The notes beneath the pieces are model-generated. The model was not told the DNA's origin, made no database searches, and worked only from the letters and a program-made list of their open reading frames with translations. The translations under genes were made by a program, and so were the position numbers. Shown here piece by piece: positions 49,926-60,563 of a stretch of 64,000 nt of DNA (within the stretch, counting starts at the first letter, position 1; each line of letters opens with the position of its first letter). This DNA is from Alphaproteobacteria bacterium (GTDB lineage Bacteria; Pseudomonadota; Alphaproteobacteria; UBA9219; RGZA01), in assembly GCA_041917755.1 (NCBI GenBank), contig JAYRWY010000016.1:37932-101931 (forward strand), written 5' to 3'.

Positions 49926-50625
49926 TGATGGTCAAAGTAGAACCGGTGATGAAGGCAGCATCATCGCTCACTAGGAACTTCACGGCTCTGGCGATTTCCT
50001 GCGTACGACCAAGACGACCCACCGGAATACGCGCAATAATTTTTGACAGAATGGATTGCTCAACGGACTGAACCATCTCAGTGTCAATATAACCTGGCGC
50101 AATCGCATTTACCGTAATGCCTTTGCTGGCTGTTTCCAGCGCCAATGACTTAGTAAAACCAACCATACCCGCCTTTGCAGCAGCATAATTGACCTGACCA
50201 AATTGCCCTGCCTGTCCATTGATGGAACCGATATTTACAATTCGGCCAAAGCCACGCTCACGCATGCCGTTGATGACGGCGCGCGACATGCTGAACACCG
50301 ATGTCAGGTTGACGCGAATGACTTCGTCCCACATTTCATGGGTCATTTTATGAAGCGGTGTATCACGCGTGATACCCGCATTGTTCACCAAAATATCAAT
50401 TGGCCCGAATTCTTTGGTGATTTCATCAACATGGGTCTGGCAAGCAGTAAAATCACCCACATCCCATTTACGAACTGCGATACCTGTCTTGGTGCTAAAT
50501 GCCTTGGCGCGCTCATCATGCGCTGCGTAATTGGCTACCACCGTATATCCCGCTTCTTTAAGTGCGACTGAAATCGCTTCACCGATACCACGAATACCAC
50601 CTGTAACAACTGCAACTCTTGCCAT
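49903..50625 (-). CDS. phaB: Acetoacetyl-CoA reductase (SDR)
   Basis: VAVVTGGIRGIGEAI, catalytic YAAAKAG. Adjacent to phaA and phaC. A GGAATAGGAA RBS precedes the ATG. Confidence 0.88.
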   Translation of the reverse strand: MARVAVVTGGIRGIGEAISVALKEAGYTVVANYAAHDERAKAFSTKTGIAVRKWDVGDFTACQTHVDEITKEFGPIDILVNNAGITRDTPLHKMTHEMWDEVIRVNLTSVFSMSRAVINGMRERGFGRIVNIGSINGQAGQFGQVNYAAAKAGMVGFTKSLALETASKGITVNAIAPGYIDTEMVQSVEQSILSKIIARIPVGRLGRTQEIARAVKFLVSDDAAFITGSTLTINGGQYMA

Positions 50626-50660
50626 TTCCTATTCCTACTTTTCTTGATGATGTTAAAAAT

Positions 50661-51836
50661 TTATTTTTCAATGCACAACGCAACGCCCATGCCGCCGCCA
50701 ATGCACAATGTGCTCAGGCCCTTCTTGGCATTTCTGCGTTCCATTTCATGCAGCAACGTAATCAATACACGTGCGCCCGATGCACCAATGGGGTGTCCCA
50801 ATGCAATGGCGCCGCCATTTACATTCACACGTGATGTATCCCAGCCCATTTCTTTATTTACCGCAGCTGCTTGCGCGGCAAAGGCTTCATTGGCTTCAAT
50901 CAAATCCAGATCCTGCACATTCCAACCTGCACGCTTTAATGCAAGGCGGCTTGCAGGAATAGGCCCCGTACCCATCAACGCAGGATCAACACCGGCGGTT
51001 GCCCATGATGCAATGCGGCCCATGATTTTCAATTTACGCTTACTGGCTTCTTCTTCGCTCATCAACACCAATGCAGCCGCGCCATCATTAATGCTCGATG
51101 CGTTACCTGCGGTCACCGTGCCATCTTTTACAAAGGCAGGCTTGAGTTTGGTGAGCGCTTCCAGCGTGGTGCCATGACGTGGATTTTCATCCGTATCAAC
51201 AACGCGGTCGCCCTTCTTTTCTTTAATAGTCACTGGCACGATTTCGGCTTTGAATTTGCCTTCCTTCATCGCGGCTTCAGCCTTGTTTTGTGATGCCAGC
51301 GCAAATGCATCCTGGGCATCACGGGTGATTTGATATTGCTGGGCCACGTTTTCCGCGGTTTGGCCCATATGGTAGTTGTTATAGATATCCCACAATCCGT
51401 CCTTAATCATGGTATCGACCATTTCGCCGCTACCCATGCGCACACCGTAACGCAACATCATCGCGTGCGGTGAAAGGCTCATGCTTTCTTGGCCGCCTGC
51501 CACCACAATATCGGCATCGCCTGATAAGATGCTTTGCATGCCCATCGCAACAGCGCGCAAACCCGAGCCGCACACTTGGTTGATGGTGAGTGCAGTTTTG
51601 TCATAAGGAATACCTGCAGCAACGGCTGCTTGGCGCGCGGTGTTTTGTCCCTGCGCAGCCGTGAGCACATGCCCCATTACTACATCGTTGACTTCTTCTG
51701 CTTTTACTCCGGCACGAACTAATGCTTCCTTGATTGCAATACCGCCCAACTGAACCGCAGGCACAGATGACAAGGCGCCAGCAAATGAACCAATGGCTGT
51801 ACGAACACCCGAAACAATAACAACAGATTTTGACAT
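50661..51836 (-). CDS. phaA: Acetyl-CoA C-acetyltransferase (beta-ketothiolase)
   Basis: Thiolase signatures: Cys in [12 protein letters not shown], and [19 protein letters not shown] at the C-terminus. Confidence 0.93.
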   Translation of the reverse strand: MSKSVVIVSGVRTAIGSFAGALSSVPAVQLGGIAIKEALVRAGVKAEEVNDVVMGHVLTAAQGQNTARQAAVAAGIPYDKTALTINQVCGSGLRAVAMGMQSILSGDADIVVAGGQESMSLSPHAMMLRYGVRMGSGEMVDTMIKDGLWDIYNNYHMGQTAENVAQQYQITRDAQDAFALASQNKAEAAMKEGKFKAEIVPVTIKEKKGDRVVDTDENPRHGTTLEALTKLKPAFVKDGTVTAGNASSINDGAAALVLMSEEEASKRKLKIMGRIASWATAGVDPALMGTGPIPASRLALKRAGWNVQDLDLIEANEAFAAQAAAVNKEMGWDTSRVNVNGGAIALGHPIGASGARVLITLLHEMERRNAKKGLSTLCIGGGMGVALCIEK

Positions 51837-51892
51837 AAATATTCCTTGAGCAGGCAGGACGGGAAAAAGATGTGCGTAAGGTAGTGTCTGAT

Positions 51893-53248
51893 TTACTTAG
51901 AAGCAAGCCAGCTAAAAAGCGCAGGCCATAATTTATCTCGCGCTGCCGCATTGACCATCATGCTGATATGGCCGAATTCCGGCTCTAAAACCGCTGGCTC
52001 TAAAACCTTAGATAAAGCAGATGCTTGGCGCATCCCCGCCGCCAAGGCCTTGGCACTGGCGGGCGGAACGATTTTGTCATTCTGTGGAATAACATGCAGG
52101 CTGGGCAGTTTAATGTCCTGCGGGCGTATGGCTTTGCCCAAAACCCGCCATGCGCCCTTGGCTGGGGTATTATCGATATACCAGCCCTGTAAACAGGTAG
52201 CAGCCACCTTTCCGGTCAATGGTACGCCCTCATTCACCCAATCTTCGATAAGGACGAAAGCCCGTTCCTCTGTACTGCGCGGTTTCATGCCCGCAAAGCG
52301 GATAAATTTATCAAGCAAGGCAAATGGCTGCAGGCTAATGAAAAAACACTGCAACACATCCACCGGTAATTCGCCCTGTTGTTCCAACATCGGCTCTATT
52401 TGCGGCAACATTTGCTTTACGCGCGCGGCTTGCTCGCGCCCCATCACATCGCCATGAAAATCCCAAGGGGTTGCTAAAAACATAATACTGCGGATGGCGT
52501 CACTGGCATGCGCTGCCAATGCCGCCGCCAGTAATCCGCCCATGCAATAACCAATCACATGCACTTTCCCGCCCGCCATGTTCTTGGCAAGGTTGAGCAC
52601 CGGAAATAACCGCTTGGCCAAATAATCATCAAAGGTAAAGCCGGCCTCGTCTTTGCCCGGCACATCCCAATCAATCAATAATGGACGAAAACCGGTCTTG
52701 GCTAATTCACGCACGAAGCTTTGTTGCTGATCAATATCCAGTACATGATAGCGGTTGATGAGCGATGGTATAACCAGCACAACCGGTTTTTTGCTGTCTT
52801 TTTTGTGTGAAAAATCAAGCACCCGTGTGGTACCCGCACGCCAAATCACGGGCGGCTCCTTGATGTCACGCGAAATGGCACTGCTGCGATAACGCGTCAA
52901 CGCATCAAGAAAGATTTTGTATTGCGCCGAAGATAGACGATGCAACGCATCATCAAAGCATTCACCGGCTGATTTATTTTTGGGTTGCCTGTTTGACGCG
53001 CTTAACTGCAGCCACTGCTGGTGAAGCTGCTTTCTTTTTTCGCGCAGATTTTTTGGCAGCTGGCTTTCCAGCTCCTTCAAATTCGGTAAATCGTTTCTCA
53101 AGATCTGCGAGACGGCTGGCAAGTTGAGCCACAGCATATGCGCTAGCGCCAGATAAAGCGGAAGCGGCCGCGGACCTATTCTCAGTTCGGCCTTGGCCAA
53201 AGCTGGGGCTAAAACTGGTTCCCGTTGTGCTTGCGGTTTTTTTCTCAT
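51893..53248 (-). CDS. phaC: Poly(3-hydroxyalkanoate) synthase PhaC. The start is uncertain because of the 275-nt overlap with the upstream ORF.
   Basis: Alpha/beta-hydrolase with the PHA-synthase lipase box variant GYCMGG (Cys nucleophile) and a LIDWDVPG region. phaCAB order. Confidence 0.8.
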   Translation of the reverse strand: MRKKPQAQREPVLAPALAKAELRIGPRPLPLYLALAHMLWLNLPAVSQILRNDLPNLKELESQLPKNLREKRKQLHQQWLQLSASNRQPKNKSAGECFDDALHRLSSAQYKIFLDALTRYRSSAISRDIKEPPVIWRAGTTRVLDFSHKKDSKKPVVLVIPSLINRYHVLDIDQQQSFVRELAKTGFRPLLIDWDVPGKDEAGFTFDDYLAKRLFPVLNLAKNMAGGKVHVIGYCMGGLLAAALAAHASDAIRSIMFLATPWDFHGDVMGREQAARVKQMLPQIEPMLEQQGELPVDVLQCFFISLQPFALLDKFIRFAGMKPRSTEERAFVLIEDWVNEGVPLTGKVAATCLQGWYIDNTPAKGAWRVLGKAIRPQDIKLPSLHVIPQNDKIVPPASAKALAAGMRQASALSKVLEPAVLEPEFGHISMMVNAAARDKLWPALFSWLASK

Positions 53249-53654
53249 CCTGTCTATCGGAAGCTCCCTTGGTATTCATATTGGCAGCTTTGCCCAATTG
53301 TTCCAACATCATCAGCCAGATGTCCATTCCGCCTGAAAATAATGGCGTAAACATCTGTGAAATCTGCGGTGACATCAACTTGGCGGCAGGCTCCATAACC
53401 TTGCTCATGTCCTTCATCGCATCGGGATTGTTCAGAAAATGGGATAGCTGCTCGCGCCACAAATCCAGGGTCTGACGTGCAAGGCTATCGTAACCGAATG
53501 CATCCGCGCTGAATGCTTCTGCTTTGCGTTTTGCGCCCGCACTCTTTTCGCTCCCGTTTTTATCATGGACAGTTTTTTCGTGTGCGCTTTTTTCCGGCGC
53601 AGCCTTTTGTTCAGGAGACATTTTTTTGCGTGATGCCGTTTTGGTGCGGGACAT
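52974..53654 (-). CDS. Phasin-like / PHA-granule-associated protein with a Lys/Ala-rich histone-like tail
   Basis: ATG at 53654 has a strong AAGGAGG RBS. A coiled-coil region precedes the C-terminal [28 protein letters not shown] tail. The 3' end overlaps phaC. Confidence 0.5.
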   Translation of the reverse strand: MSRTKTASRKKMSPEQKAAPEKSAHEKTVHDKNGSEKSAGAKRKAEAFSADAFGYDSLARQTLDLWREQLSHFLNNPDAMKDMSKVMEPAAKLMSPQISQMFTPLFSGGMDIWLMMLEQLGKAANMNTKGASDRQDEKKTASTTGTSFSPSFGQGRTENRSAAASALSGASAYAVAQLASRLADLEKRFTEFEGAGKPAAKKSARKKKAASPAVAAVKRVKQATQK

Positions 53655-53810
53655 TTGGCCTCCTTTTTGCTTCTCAGCTTTTATGCGTGGTGCATCTCTA
53701 TGATACAGCAGGACAATTTTCTGCTGTTGCGAAAACACTGCATAAGGATTAAACTACCTCCATCGTGTGTTCAATACCCTTTCGTTCATACAGTTATAAT
53801 GAAGGTCGAT

Positions 53811-54557
53811 ATGATGGTGCAGCCAACAATGACGAATACGCCCCCAAATAATTCTTCCCAAACGCAAAAAGTAAATCCGATTGTCATCAAAAAATATGCC
53901 AATCGCCGTTTGTACAACACAGATACCAGCTCCTATGTGACGCTGGATGATTTGTGCAAAATGATCAAAGACGGTGAAGAAATCATCGTATTTGATGCCA
54001 AAAATGGCGATGATATTACCCGTTCAGTGCTAACGCAGATAATTGTGGAACAAGAAGCAAAAGGCGGCCAAAGCTTGCTGCCAACAGGCTTCCTTCGCCA
54101 GATTATTTCCTATTACGGCGGTAACATGCAGGGTCTTGTTCCCGGCTATCTTGATTTTGCGATGCAGGCGTTGACCAAAAACCAGGGTCAAATGCAGGAA
54201 GTGTTCCGCAACAGCTTCGGCAGCCTGTTTCCATTCAACACCATGCAACAGATGACCAAGCAGAACGTCGCATTGTTCGAACAGACCATGCGCATGTTCT
54301 CCCCGTTTGCTCAAGGCAACCAGAGCCAACATCCGGTTGGCACACCCGAAGCACAACAGGCCGAACAAGCCGCACAAGCTCAACCCGCTTCCGCGCCATC
54401 GCATCTTCGTACCGTGCACAACAATGTTCAATCAGCAGTGCAAAATTCGCCTGCTGAAGAAAACGAAGAAGACGAAGCATCGATTAAACTGATGCAACAA
54501 CGCCTTGATGATTTGCAAAAGCAAATCGGCGCATTACAAAAGAAAGATGACGAATAA
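53811..54557 (+). CDS. phaR: PHA synthesis repressor PhaR
   Basis: KKYANRRLYNTDTSSYVTLDDLCKMIKDGEEIIVFDAKNGDDITRSVLTQIIVEQE is the PhaR DNA-binding N-terminus. Divergent from phaC. Confidence 0.88.
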   Translation: MMVQPTMTNTPPNNSSQTQKVNPIVIKKYANRRLYNTDTSSYVTLDDLCKMIKDGEEIIVFDAKNGDDITRSVLTQIIVEQEAKGGQSLLPTGFLRQIISYYGGNMQGLVPGYLDFAMQALTKNQGQMQEVFRNSFGSLFPFNTMQQMTKQNVALFEQTMRMFSPFAQGNQSQHPVGTPEAQQAEQAAQAQPASAPSHLRTVHNNVQSAVQNSPAEENEEDEASIKLMQQRLDDLQKQIGALQKKDDE

Positions 54558-54576
54558 TCACTGCCGTATATTAAAT

Positions 54577-54607
54577 AAAAAACGCGCCTAAATGGCGCGT
54601 TTTTTTA
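54577..54607. terminator. Bidirectional terminator between phaR (+) and the GGDEF/EAL gene (-)
   Basis: AAAAAACGCGCC-taaat-GGCGCGTTTTTTT. Confidence 0.85.
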
Positions 54608-54626
54608 TGCTTGAACGGATTTGATA

Positions 54627-56327
54627 TTACGCGCTGGCGGCGGCTGGTTTCTTACCCGTGCCATGCTTTTCGTCATAGCGTTTCTTGATATTGGCAGGCA
54701 CATCCACCTCAGGGCGACCAAAATAATATCCCTGCATATGATCAACATTGGCCTTACGCAGGAACGCCGCAACATCTTCGGTTTCAACGCCTTCGGCCAC
54801 GGTTTCCAAACCTAATCCTTTGGCCAGCGCCACAAGAGTATTCACCATCACCTGCTGGTCAGCATCATTCACCACATTGCTCAGCAACTCGCGGTCAATC
54901 TTGAGCGTGTTCACAGCCAAGGTGCGCAAATAGCGAATAGAGGTAAAGCCAGACCCAAAGTCATCGAGCGCAACTTCCCCGCCCAATTCATGCACGGTGT
55001 CGACAAAACGTTTGGTTTCTTCAATATCAAGAATAGCAGCTGTTTCGGTAATTTCGATAATCAGGCGCTTGGCCAATACTTCTCTGCCTGCAAACTTCTC
55101 GCGCAGAATATCCGGCCATCCTTTTTGTGATGCCGTAAGGCCAGAAACGTTCACCGCCAACACCAATTCCGGGTCAGCAGCCAATGCATCAATCGCCATA
55201 TCCAATACTTTTCTATCGACAATATTGGCAAGCCCAAGCTGTTCAATCACGGGAATGAACAGCCCTGCTGGAATAAAATCACCCTTTTCATTCACCATAC
55301 GAATAAGTGCTTCAAAGGATAGAATCTTTCCTGTCTTGGCACAAATAATCGGCTGATACGCCAACCGCACCCCATCGCCTTTTAATGCGGCAAGGGTCTG
55401 CTGGCCAATTTCCAATGAACGGCGATGCGACTGCGTGCGCTCAGCCGATGGAACATATTCAATAAACGCATTGCGGCCTTGGCGTTGCGCATCACGCAAA
55501 GCCTGTTCGGCGCGGATCATTGCTTCCCATGCCGTGGTGACTGAACTTGGCACAATTACGCCGCCCATCGACACCGAGACCTGCACAGGACATACAGGAC
55601 TATCAACTGGTTGCTCGCGGAACGACGTCAGCAAGCGTTCACTTAGCTCAGCCAAGCGCTTGCTATCATAATCACGCAAAATAATACCAAACTGGTCACC
55701 GCCTACGCGGCCAATTTCAATCACATCGGGAATCAAATCCTGCACGCGTTTAAGCGCGCCAAGAATAACGCGGTCAGCCGCATCGGGCCCGATCGCTTCA
55801 TTCACATAGGTCATGTTATCAATCGCCATCACCACATAGCCGAGCGATTTCTCACTACCCTTGCTGACATTGATGATGCCTTCCAGCATTTCCAATAAAT
55901 GCGTGCGGTTGGGAAGGCCCGTTAAATTATCACGGCGAATGCGCGTGGTTAAATCCATCTCCAGCATTTTGCGTGCGGTAATCACACGCAATACGCCACG
56001 CACCTGTGTGGGCGTGCCATCATCTGCAAAAATCACATGACCACGTTCATGCACCCATGCGGTAGTGCCATCATGCAATTTGATCCGGTAATCACGATCA
56101 AGACGTTGCGCTTGTGATTGCAACATGAAGGCATTGAAAATTTGTGCATCCGCTTCATGTACGCGACGGCGGAAATCTGCGCCTTTGATATGTACCGCGC
56201 TATCGCTCGTACCAAAAATGGAAATCAAAGAGCCAGTCCAACGCATCTGGTCATCGCCAATGTCCCAGACATAACCGGCATCCCCGGCTGCCATTAAAAT
56301 ACTCAGTGAATTATTCTGCTCAGGCAT
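54627..56327 (-). CDS. PAS/GGDEF/EAL signalling protein. The GGDEF site is degenerate (GGDQF) and the EAL motif is intact.
   Basis: RVGGDQFGI in the cyclase domain. EALIR...DDFGSGFTSIRYL...KIDRELL EAL signatures. Confidence 0.85.
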   Translation of the reverse strand: MPEQNNSLSILMAAGDAGYVWDIGDDQMRWTGSLISIFGTSDSAVHIKGADFRRRVHEADAQIFNAFMLQSQAQRLDRDYRIKLHDGTTAWVHERGHVIFADDGTPTQVRGVLRVITARKMLEMDLTTRIRRDNLTGLPNRTHLLEMLEGIINVSKGSEKSLGYVVMAIDNMTYVNEAIGPDAADRVILGALKRVQDLIPDVIEIGRVGGDQFGIILRDYDSKRLAELSERLLTSFREQPVDSPVCPVQVSVSMGGVIVPSSVTTAWEAMIRAEQALRDAQRQGRNAFIEYVPSAERTQSHRRSLEIGQQTLAALKGDGVRLAYQPIICAKTGKILSFEALIRMVNEKGDFIPAGLFIPVIEQLGLANIVDRKVLDMAIDALAADPELVLAVNVSGLTASQKGWPDILREKFAGREVLAKRLIIEITETAAILDIEETKRFVDTVHELGGEVALDDFGSGFTSIRYLRTLAVNTLKIDRELLSNVVNDADQQVMVNTLVALAKGLGLETVAEGVETEDVAAFLRKANVDHMQGYYFGRPEVDVPANIKKRYDEKHGTGKKPAAASA

Positions 56328-56474
56328 ATGACCAAGGCTCTAAAACGACACGCTAACAACAGTGAAAGCTATGCATCATCTTAGAGTTGCAGACTTAACA
56401 AAAGTTAAATATGTGCAAAATCTGTCCGGCTCAGCAACAAACCATAAGAATGACGGGGATAAATCCCCCAGCCA

Positions 56475-57635
56475 TTATTGCTTGGCTGCGGGGGCTGGTT
56501 CGCTTGGTGCAGGTGCCTTGGCTGATTCAGCAGCAGGCGCAGGCGGAGCAGATGCTGCCGGCACTGCTGGCTGTTCTTTGGCAAGCTGACGGATAAGCGC
56601 CGCAATACTATCGCGTGCCTTATTCGCGGCATCCTTATCATTGTTATCGCTTTCATGCATGAACATGGTGAAGAGATGATTATCGGTGAGATAAATGAGC
56701 AAGGAGACATACACCTTACGTTCTTTCATCTCGCAACCTACACCCATCGTGCGCACATCAATACCGGAGTATTTTTCAATTTCACCCTTATTGGATGTGA
56801 AGGTACCGGTACATTGTTTCTTGTAACCGGCTTCCATAATCTCGGTCATTTTTTCTATTGTCGCTTCGGCTGGCACTTGGCGCTCACGCATACCACCAAA
56901 CAGGCCATTGGTCTTCCAACCAAAATCTACAGGTGCCTTGCTCGGATCAGGAATGTTGACCAACTCCAAATCCTTTAATCCGGCCTTGATTAGAAGATTC
57001 TTCAAGCTAGGAGGAAATTCACCAGCCTTACCTTTTTTGCCTGCCACAGGCTTTTCACCTGATTTAGCAGCAGCTTCCGGCGGCATTTTTACCTTACCCG
57101 TTCCAACATCCACACAGGTCTGTAACCCTTGCAACGCCTTGCTCACATTCTTAAGCGCAAATTTGGTCGCATCTTCTTTTCCGGAAAGCGTAATCGCCTT
57201 GCCCTTATTCAATGCATTCAACAAATCTTTATCCTGATGCATCGGCAATAACAGCAATTCCGGATTAGCAGCAATCGCCAGCGCATCCTTGCTGTAAAGT
57301 TTGTCGATGGAAACATTCATCTGATGCTTCTCGTCTTTTGCAAATCCGGCTTTGGGTACGCCAATACCGATATTGATTTCCTGTTTGGGTGACATTGCAA
57401 ATGCCAATGACAAGTCATTATTGAATTCGCCGCGCATCAGACAGTAATTGAAATTACCCTTTTCATCGCGGATCATGCCCACTTGCCAGCCATTCTTTGA
57501 CTGCGCGGCATCACTGGCACTGCTTTCCGATTTTTTGGGGGCAGTTTTGGCTTTCGCTGAGGCGTCGCCAGCACTCACGCCAACAACCAACGCAACCATC
57601 AACAGACACTTGATAACCGAGCTTAAGAAACGCAT
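56475..57635 (-). CDS. Hypothetical secreted protein with an Ala/Pro-rich C-terminal tail
   Basis: Signal peptide MRFLSSVIKCLLMVALVVGVSAGDASA. The C-terminus is PAVPAASAPPAPAAESAKAPAPSEPAPAAKQ. Confidence 0.5.
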   Translation of the reverse strand: MRFLSSVIKCLLMVALVVGVSAGDASAKAKTAPKKSESSASDAAQSKNGWQVGMIRDEKGNFNYCLMRGEFNNDLSLAFAMSPKQEINIGIGVPKAGFAKDEKHQMNVSIDKLYSKDALAIAANPELLLLPMHQDKDLLNALNKGKAITLSGKEDATKFALKNVSKALQGLQTCVDVGTGKVKMPPEAAAKSGEKPVAGKKGKAGEFPPSLKNLLIKAGLKDLELVNIPDPSKAPVDFGWKTNGLFGGMRERQVPAEATIEKMTEIMEAGYKKQCTGTFTSNKGEIEKYSGIDVRTMGVGCEMKERKVYVSLLIYLTDNHLFTMFMHESDNNDKDAANKARDSIAALIRQLAKEQPAVPAASAPPAPAAESAKAPAPSEPAPAAKQ

Positions 57636-57784
57636 GTGATAACCTTACAAAAAATCAAAGAAAATCAGGCACTCAGCCAAAACCACAAGGCCCCGCCTTT
57701 ACGATTGCCTATTAAGAAAAGCCAGACTAATGTCTCCCATCCCGTGTGACAAGTACTACCTAACTAGTTAAGGAATATCCGGTC

Positions 57785-58930
57785 GTGCCGACGCTAATCT
57801 CAAAACCCATTTCCTTGAATTTCATCGCTCAAACCCTTGGTGCGACGGTCATTGGCGATGGCGAATTGCTGGTTAACCGCCTCGTTCATCCCAAAGATGC
57901 TCAAAGCGATAGCGATATGCTGTTGGCATTTGATAAATCCTTACATAGTTTTCTTGAAACCACCCCTGCCCGCACCCTTATTCTGGCAAAAGGCCAAGAA
58001 CAACTCGCCGAGCAGTTCACCGCAAAATCTGGACAGAAAAAAGGCGGAGCTGTACTGGTCGAACGTCCACGTTTTGCCATGGCAAAACTGACCTCACTCT
58101 TCGCACGCCCTGACTACACCGCCAGAAGCATTCATCCCTCCGCATCCGTCGATGCCACTGCAAAAATTGGTAAAAACGTCGCCATCGGCCCCTTATGCTT
58201 TGTTGGGCCACATGCTGAAATCGGCGACGGCACGACGCTTGTCTCACAAGTCACCATCGGCGCTCACGCCAAGCTTGGCAAAGATTGCCTTGTGCATGCT
58301 GGTGCACGTATCGGTGATTATGTACAGGTCGGCGACCGCGCCATATTCCATTTTAATTCAGTGATTGGTTCCGACGGATTCAGTTTTGTGACACCCGAAC
58401 GCGGCAGCGTCGAAGCCGCAAAGGCCAGCACCTCCAGCAAGGTTGAAGCCTTTAATAATGAAATTATCCGTATCCACTCGTTGGGCGCGGTTATCATCGG
58501 CAACGATGTTGAAATCGGCTCCTGCACCACCATCGATCGCGGCACGATTACCGATACCCGCATTGGTAACGGCACCAAAATCGATAATCAGGTGCAGATC
58601 GGCCATAACGTCGAAATTGGCGAAAATTGCCTAATTTGTGGTACGGCGGGTATCGCCGGTTCAACCGTAATTGGTAACCGGGTGGTGCTGGCGGCACGTT
58701 GCGGCGTAGCTGACCACCTTAAAATTGGTGACGATGCCGTGCTCATGGCCTCCTCCCAATTGGGCACAAACCTGCCAGAAAAGGCCATTTATATGGGCTT
58801 TCCTGCTATGCCCCGCGAACGGTTTATGGAACAAATGATACACTTGGCACGCCTTAAAAATATGAGTAAACGTATCGGCGGCCTTGAGGAAAAAGTTAAC
58901 GTCCTTGAGTCCTCAAATAAGAAAAGCTAA
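57785..58930 (+). CDS. lpxD: UDP-3-O-acylglucosamine N-acyltransferase LpxD
   Basis: GTG start with an AAGGAA RBS. N-terminal LpxD domain, hexapeptide left-handed beta-helix repeats, and a C-terminal helical extension ...MSKRIGGLEEKVNVLESS colinear with E. coli LpxD. Confidence 0.85.
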   Translation: MPTLISKPISLNFIAQTLGATVIGDGELLVNRLVHPKDAQSDSDMLLAFDKSLHSFLETTPARTLILAKGQEQLAEQFTAKSGQKKGGAVLVERPRFAMAKLTSLFARPDYTARSIHPSASVDATAKIGKNVAIGPLCFVGPHAEIGDGTTLVSQVTIGAHAKLGKDCLVHAGARIGDYVQVGDRAIFHFNSVIGSDGFSFVTPERGSVEAAKASTSSKVEAFNNEIIRIHSLGAVIIGNDVEIGSCTTIDRGTITDTRIGNGTKIDNQVQIGHNVEIGENCLICGTAGIAGSTVIGNRVVLAARCGVADHLKIGDDAVLMASSQLGTNLPEKAIYMGFPAMPRERFMEQMIHLARLKNMSKRIGGLEEKVNVLESSNKKS

Positions 58931-58989
58931 TAAGAAAAGCCCAATTACCTTTCATTCCTTCTATTCTTTAAGTTGAGAGCGACCCGATT

Positions 58990-59298
58990 ATGAGCCAACT
59001 CGTTGATGAAGTTCTGGATATTGTAGCCCAAAAGGCGATGATTGACCGCGCCAAGCTATCCCCGGAAGCAAAACTGTCCGACCTGCAAATCAGCTCCCTC
59101 GATGTGGTTGAAATTGTATTCGCTCTGGAAGACAAATTCCAAATTCAAATCCCGTTCAATGCAAACTCGACCAACATGGAATTTGAAACCGTGGGTCAGG
59201 TTGTGACCATCGTTGAAAAACTGATTATCGCGAAGAAGGAAGGCCGCATCGTTACCGAAGCTGAGCTGTTTCCTGCTAAAGATAAGCCAGCCGCCTAA
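58990..59298 (+). CDS. Specialised acyl carrier protein, AcpXL-like
   Basis: Phosphopantetheine-attachment context LSDLQISSLDVVEIVFALEDKFQIQIP, resembling rhizobial AcpXL rather than housekeeping AcpP. 102 aa. Confidence 0.7.
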   Translation: MSQLVDEVLDIVAQKAMIDRAKLSPEAKLSDLQISSLDVVEIVFALEDKFQIQIPFNANSTNMEFETVGQVVTIVEKLIIAKKEGRIVTEAELFPAKDKPAA

Positions 59299-59323
59299 TC
59301 TCTCTTTTTAGAAAATAATTTCC

Positions 59324-60556
59324 ATGAAGCGCGTTGCTATTACTGGCCTCGGTGTTGTGTCTGCAATCGGTGCCAACGTGGCAGACTTTTGGCATGCGCT
59401 CAAACATGGTGAAACCGGCATCAAAGTCATCAGCAATATTCTAACCGAAGGCCTCGGCAATAAAATGGCCGCTGAGGTAAAGGGTTTTGACCCCGCCGCA
59501 CATTTCGATCCTAAAAAACTTCCTATGTATGACCGTTTCTCGCAATTTGCGATGGTCGCTGGCCGTCAGGCGGTTGCCGATAGCGGCCTGAAGTTTGAAG
59601 GCGAGTTTGCAGAAGCCACCGCATGCATTATGGGCACGGGCGTTGGCGGTCAAAACACGCTCGAAGAATCCTATACCAAACTCATCAACTTAGGCGGCGC
59701 ATTGGGCGCGCAATCTGGCGCGAATGTGCGGGTGCATCCCTTCACCGTTCCGCGTCTTATGGCGAATGCGGGCGGCTGTCAGGTCAGCATGGAACATAAT
59801 ATTCTTGGCCCCGGCTACACCATCGCCAGCGCATGCGCCTCGGCAACCCACGCCATCGGTACCGCATTTCATATGGTACGCAGCGGCATGATGACTGCGG
59901 CTGTTACCGGCGGCTCCGAAGCATGCCTTACCTTCGGTACGCTCAAAGGTTGGGAAGCTCTGCGTGTCGTTGCTCCCGATACTTGCCGTCCCTTCTCCCT
60001 TGGCCGTCAAGGCATGGTACTTGGTGAAGGCGCAGGTTGTTTGGTTCTGGAAGAATGGGAACACGCAAAGGCACGCGGCGCGACTATTTACGCTGAGCTT
60101 GCAGGCTTTGGTATGAGCAGCGATGCAAAGGATATCACCACGCCAGATGCAGGTGGCATGGCGCGCGCTATGAAGGGCGCACTGCGTGATGCATCGCTTA
60201 ACACCACTGACATTCACTACATTAACGCCCACGGCACAGGCACGCGCAGCAATGACGCAACTGAAACCAAGGCCATAAAAATGGCCTTTGGCGAAGGCAA
60301 CGTACCGCCACTCTCATCCAGCAAGTCCATGTTTGGTCACGCGCTTGGCGCGGCTGGCGCACTCGAAATGGTGGCAACCATCTTGGCGGTTAAAAACCAG
60401 ATCGCTCCGCCTACCATCAACTTTGTTGAAAAAGATCCTGAATGCGATGTGGATGTTATTCCTAACACCGCCCGCGAAATGCCCATCAACGCCGCCATCA
60501 GCAACTCCTTTGCATTCGGCGGTTTGAATGCGGTATTGGCTGTTAAACGCGCGTAA
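59324..60556 (+). CDS. Beta-ketoacyl-ACP synthase II-like (FabF family)
   Basis: Active-site Cys in TIASACASATHAIG. HGTGT and GHALGAAG His motifs. 410 aa. Confidence 0.85.
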   Translation: MKRVAITGLGVVSAIGANVADFWHALKHGETGIKVISNILTEGLGNKMAAEVKGFDPAAHFDPKKLPMYDRFSQFAMVAGRQAVADSGLKFEGEFAEATACIMGTGVGGQNTLEESYTKLINLGGALGAQSGANVRVHPFTVPRLMANAGGCQVSMEHNILGPGYTIASACASATHAIGTAFHMVRSGMMTAAVTGGSEACLTFGTLKGWEALRVVAPDTCRPFSLGRQGMVLGEGAGCLVLEEWEHAKARGATIYAELAGFGMSSDAKDITTPDAGGMARAMKGALRDASLNTTDIHYINAHGTGTRSNDATETKAIKMAFGEGNVPPLSSSKSMFGHALGAAGALEMVATILAVKNQIAPPTINFVEKDPECDVDVIPNTAREMPINAAISNSFAFGGLNAVLAVKRA

Positions 60557-60563
60557 TATTCAA

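Noticed and set aside
56362-56589. 75-aa Ala/Gly-rich plus-strand ORF and the 56405-56710 minus ORF
   Set aside because: The first is the opposite-strand translation of the Ala/Pro-rich tail of the secreted protein (56475-57635). The second is an out-of-frame ORF within the same gene. Neither is an independent gene.
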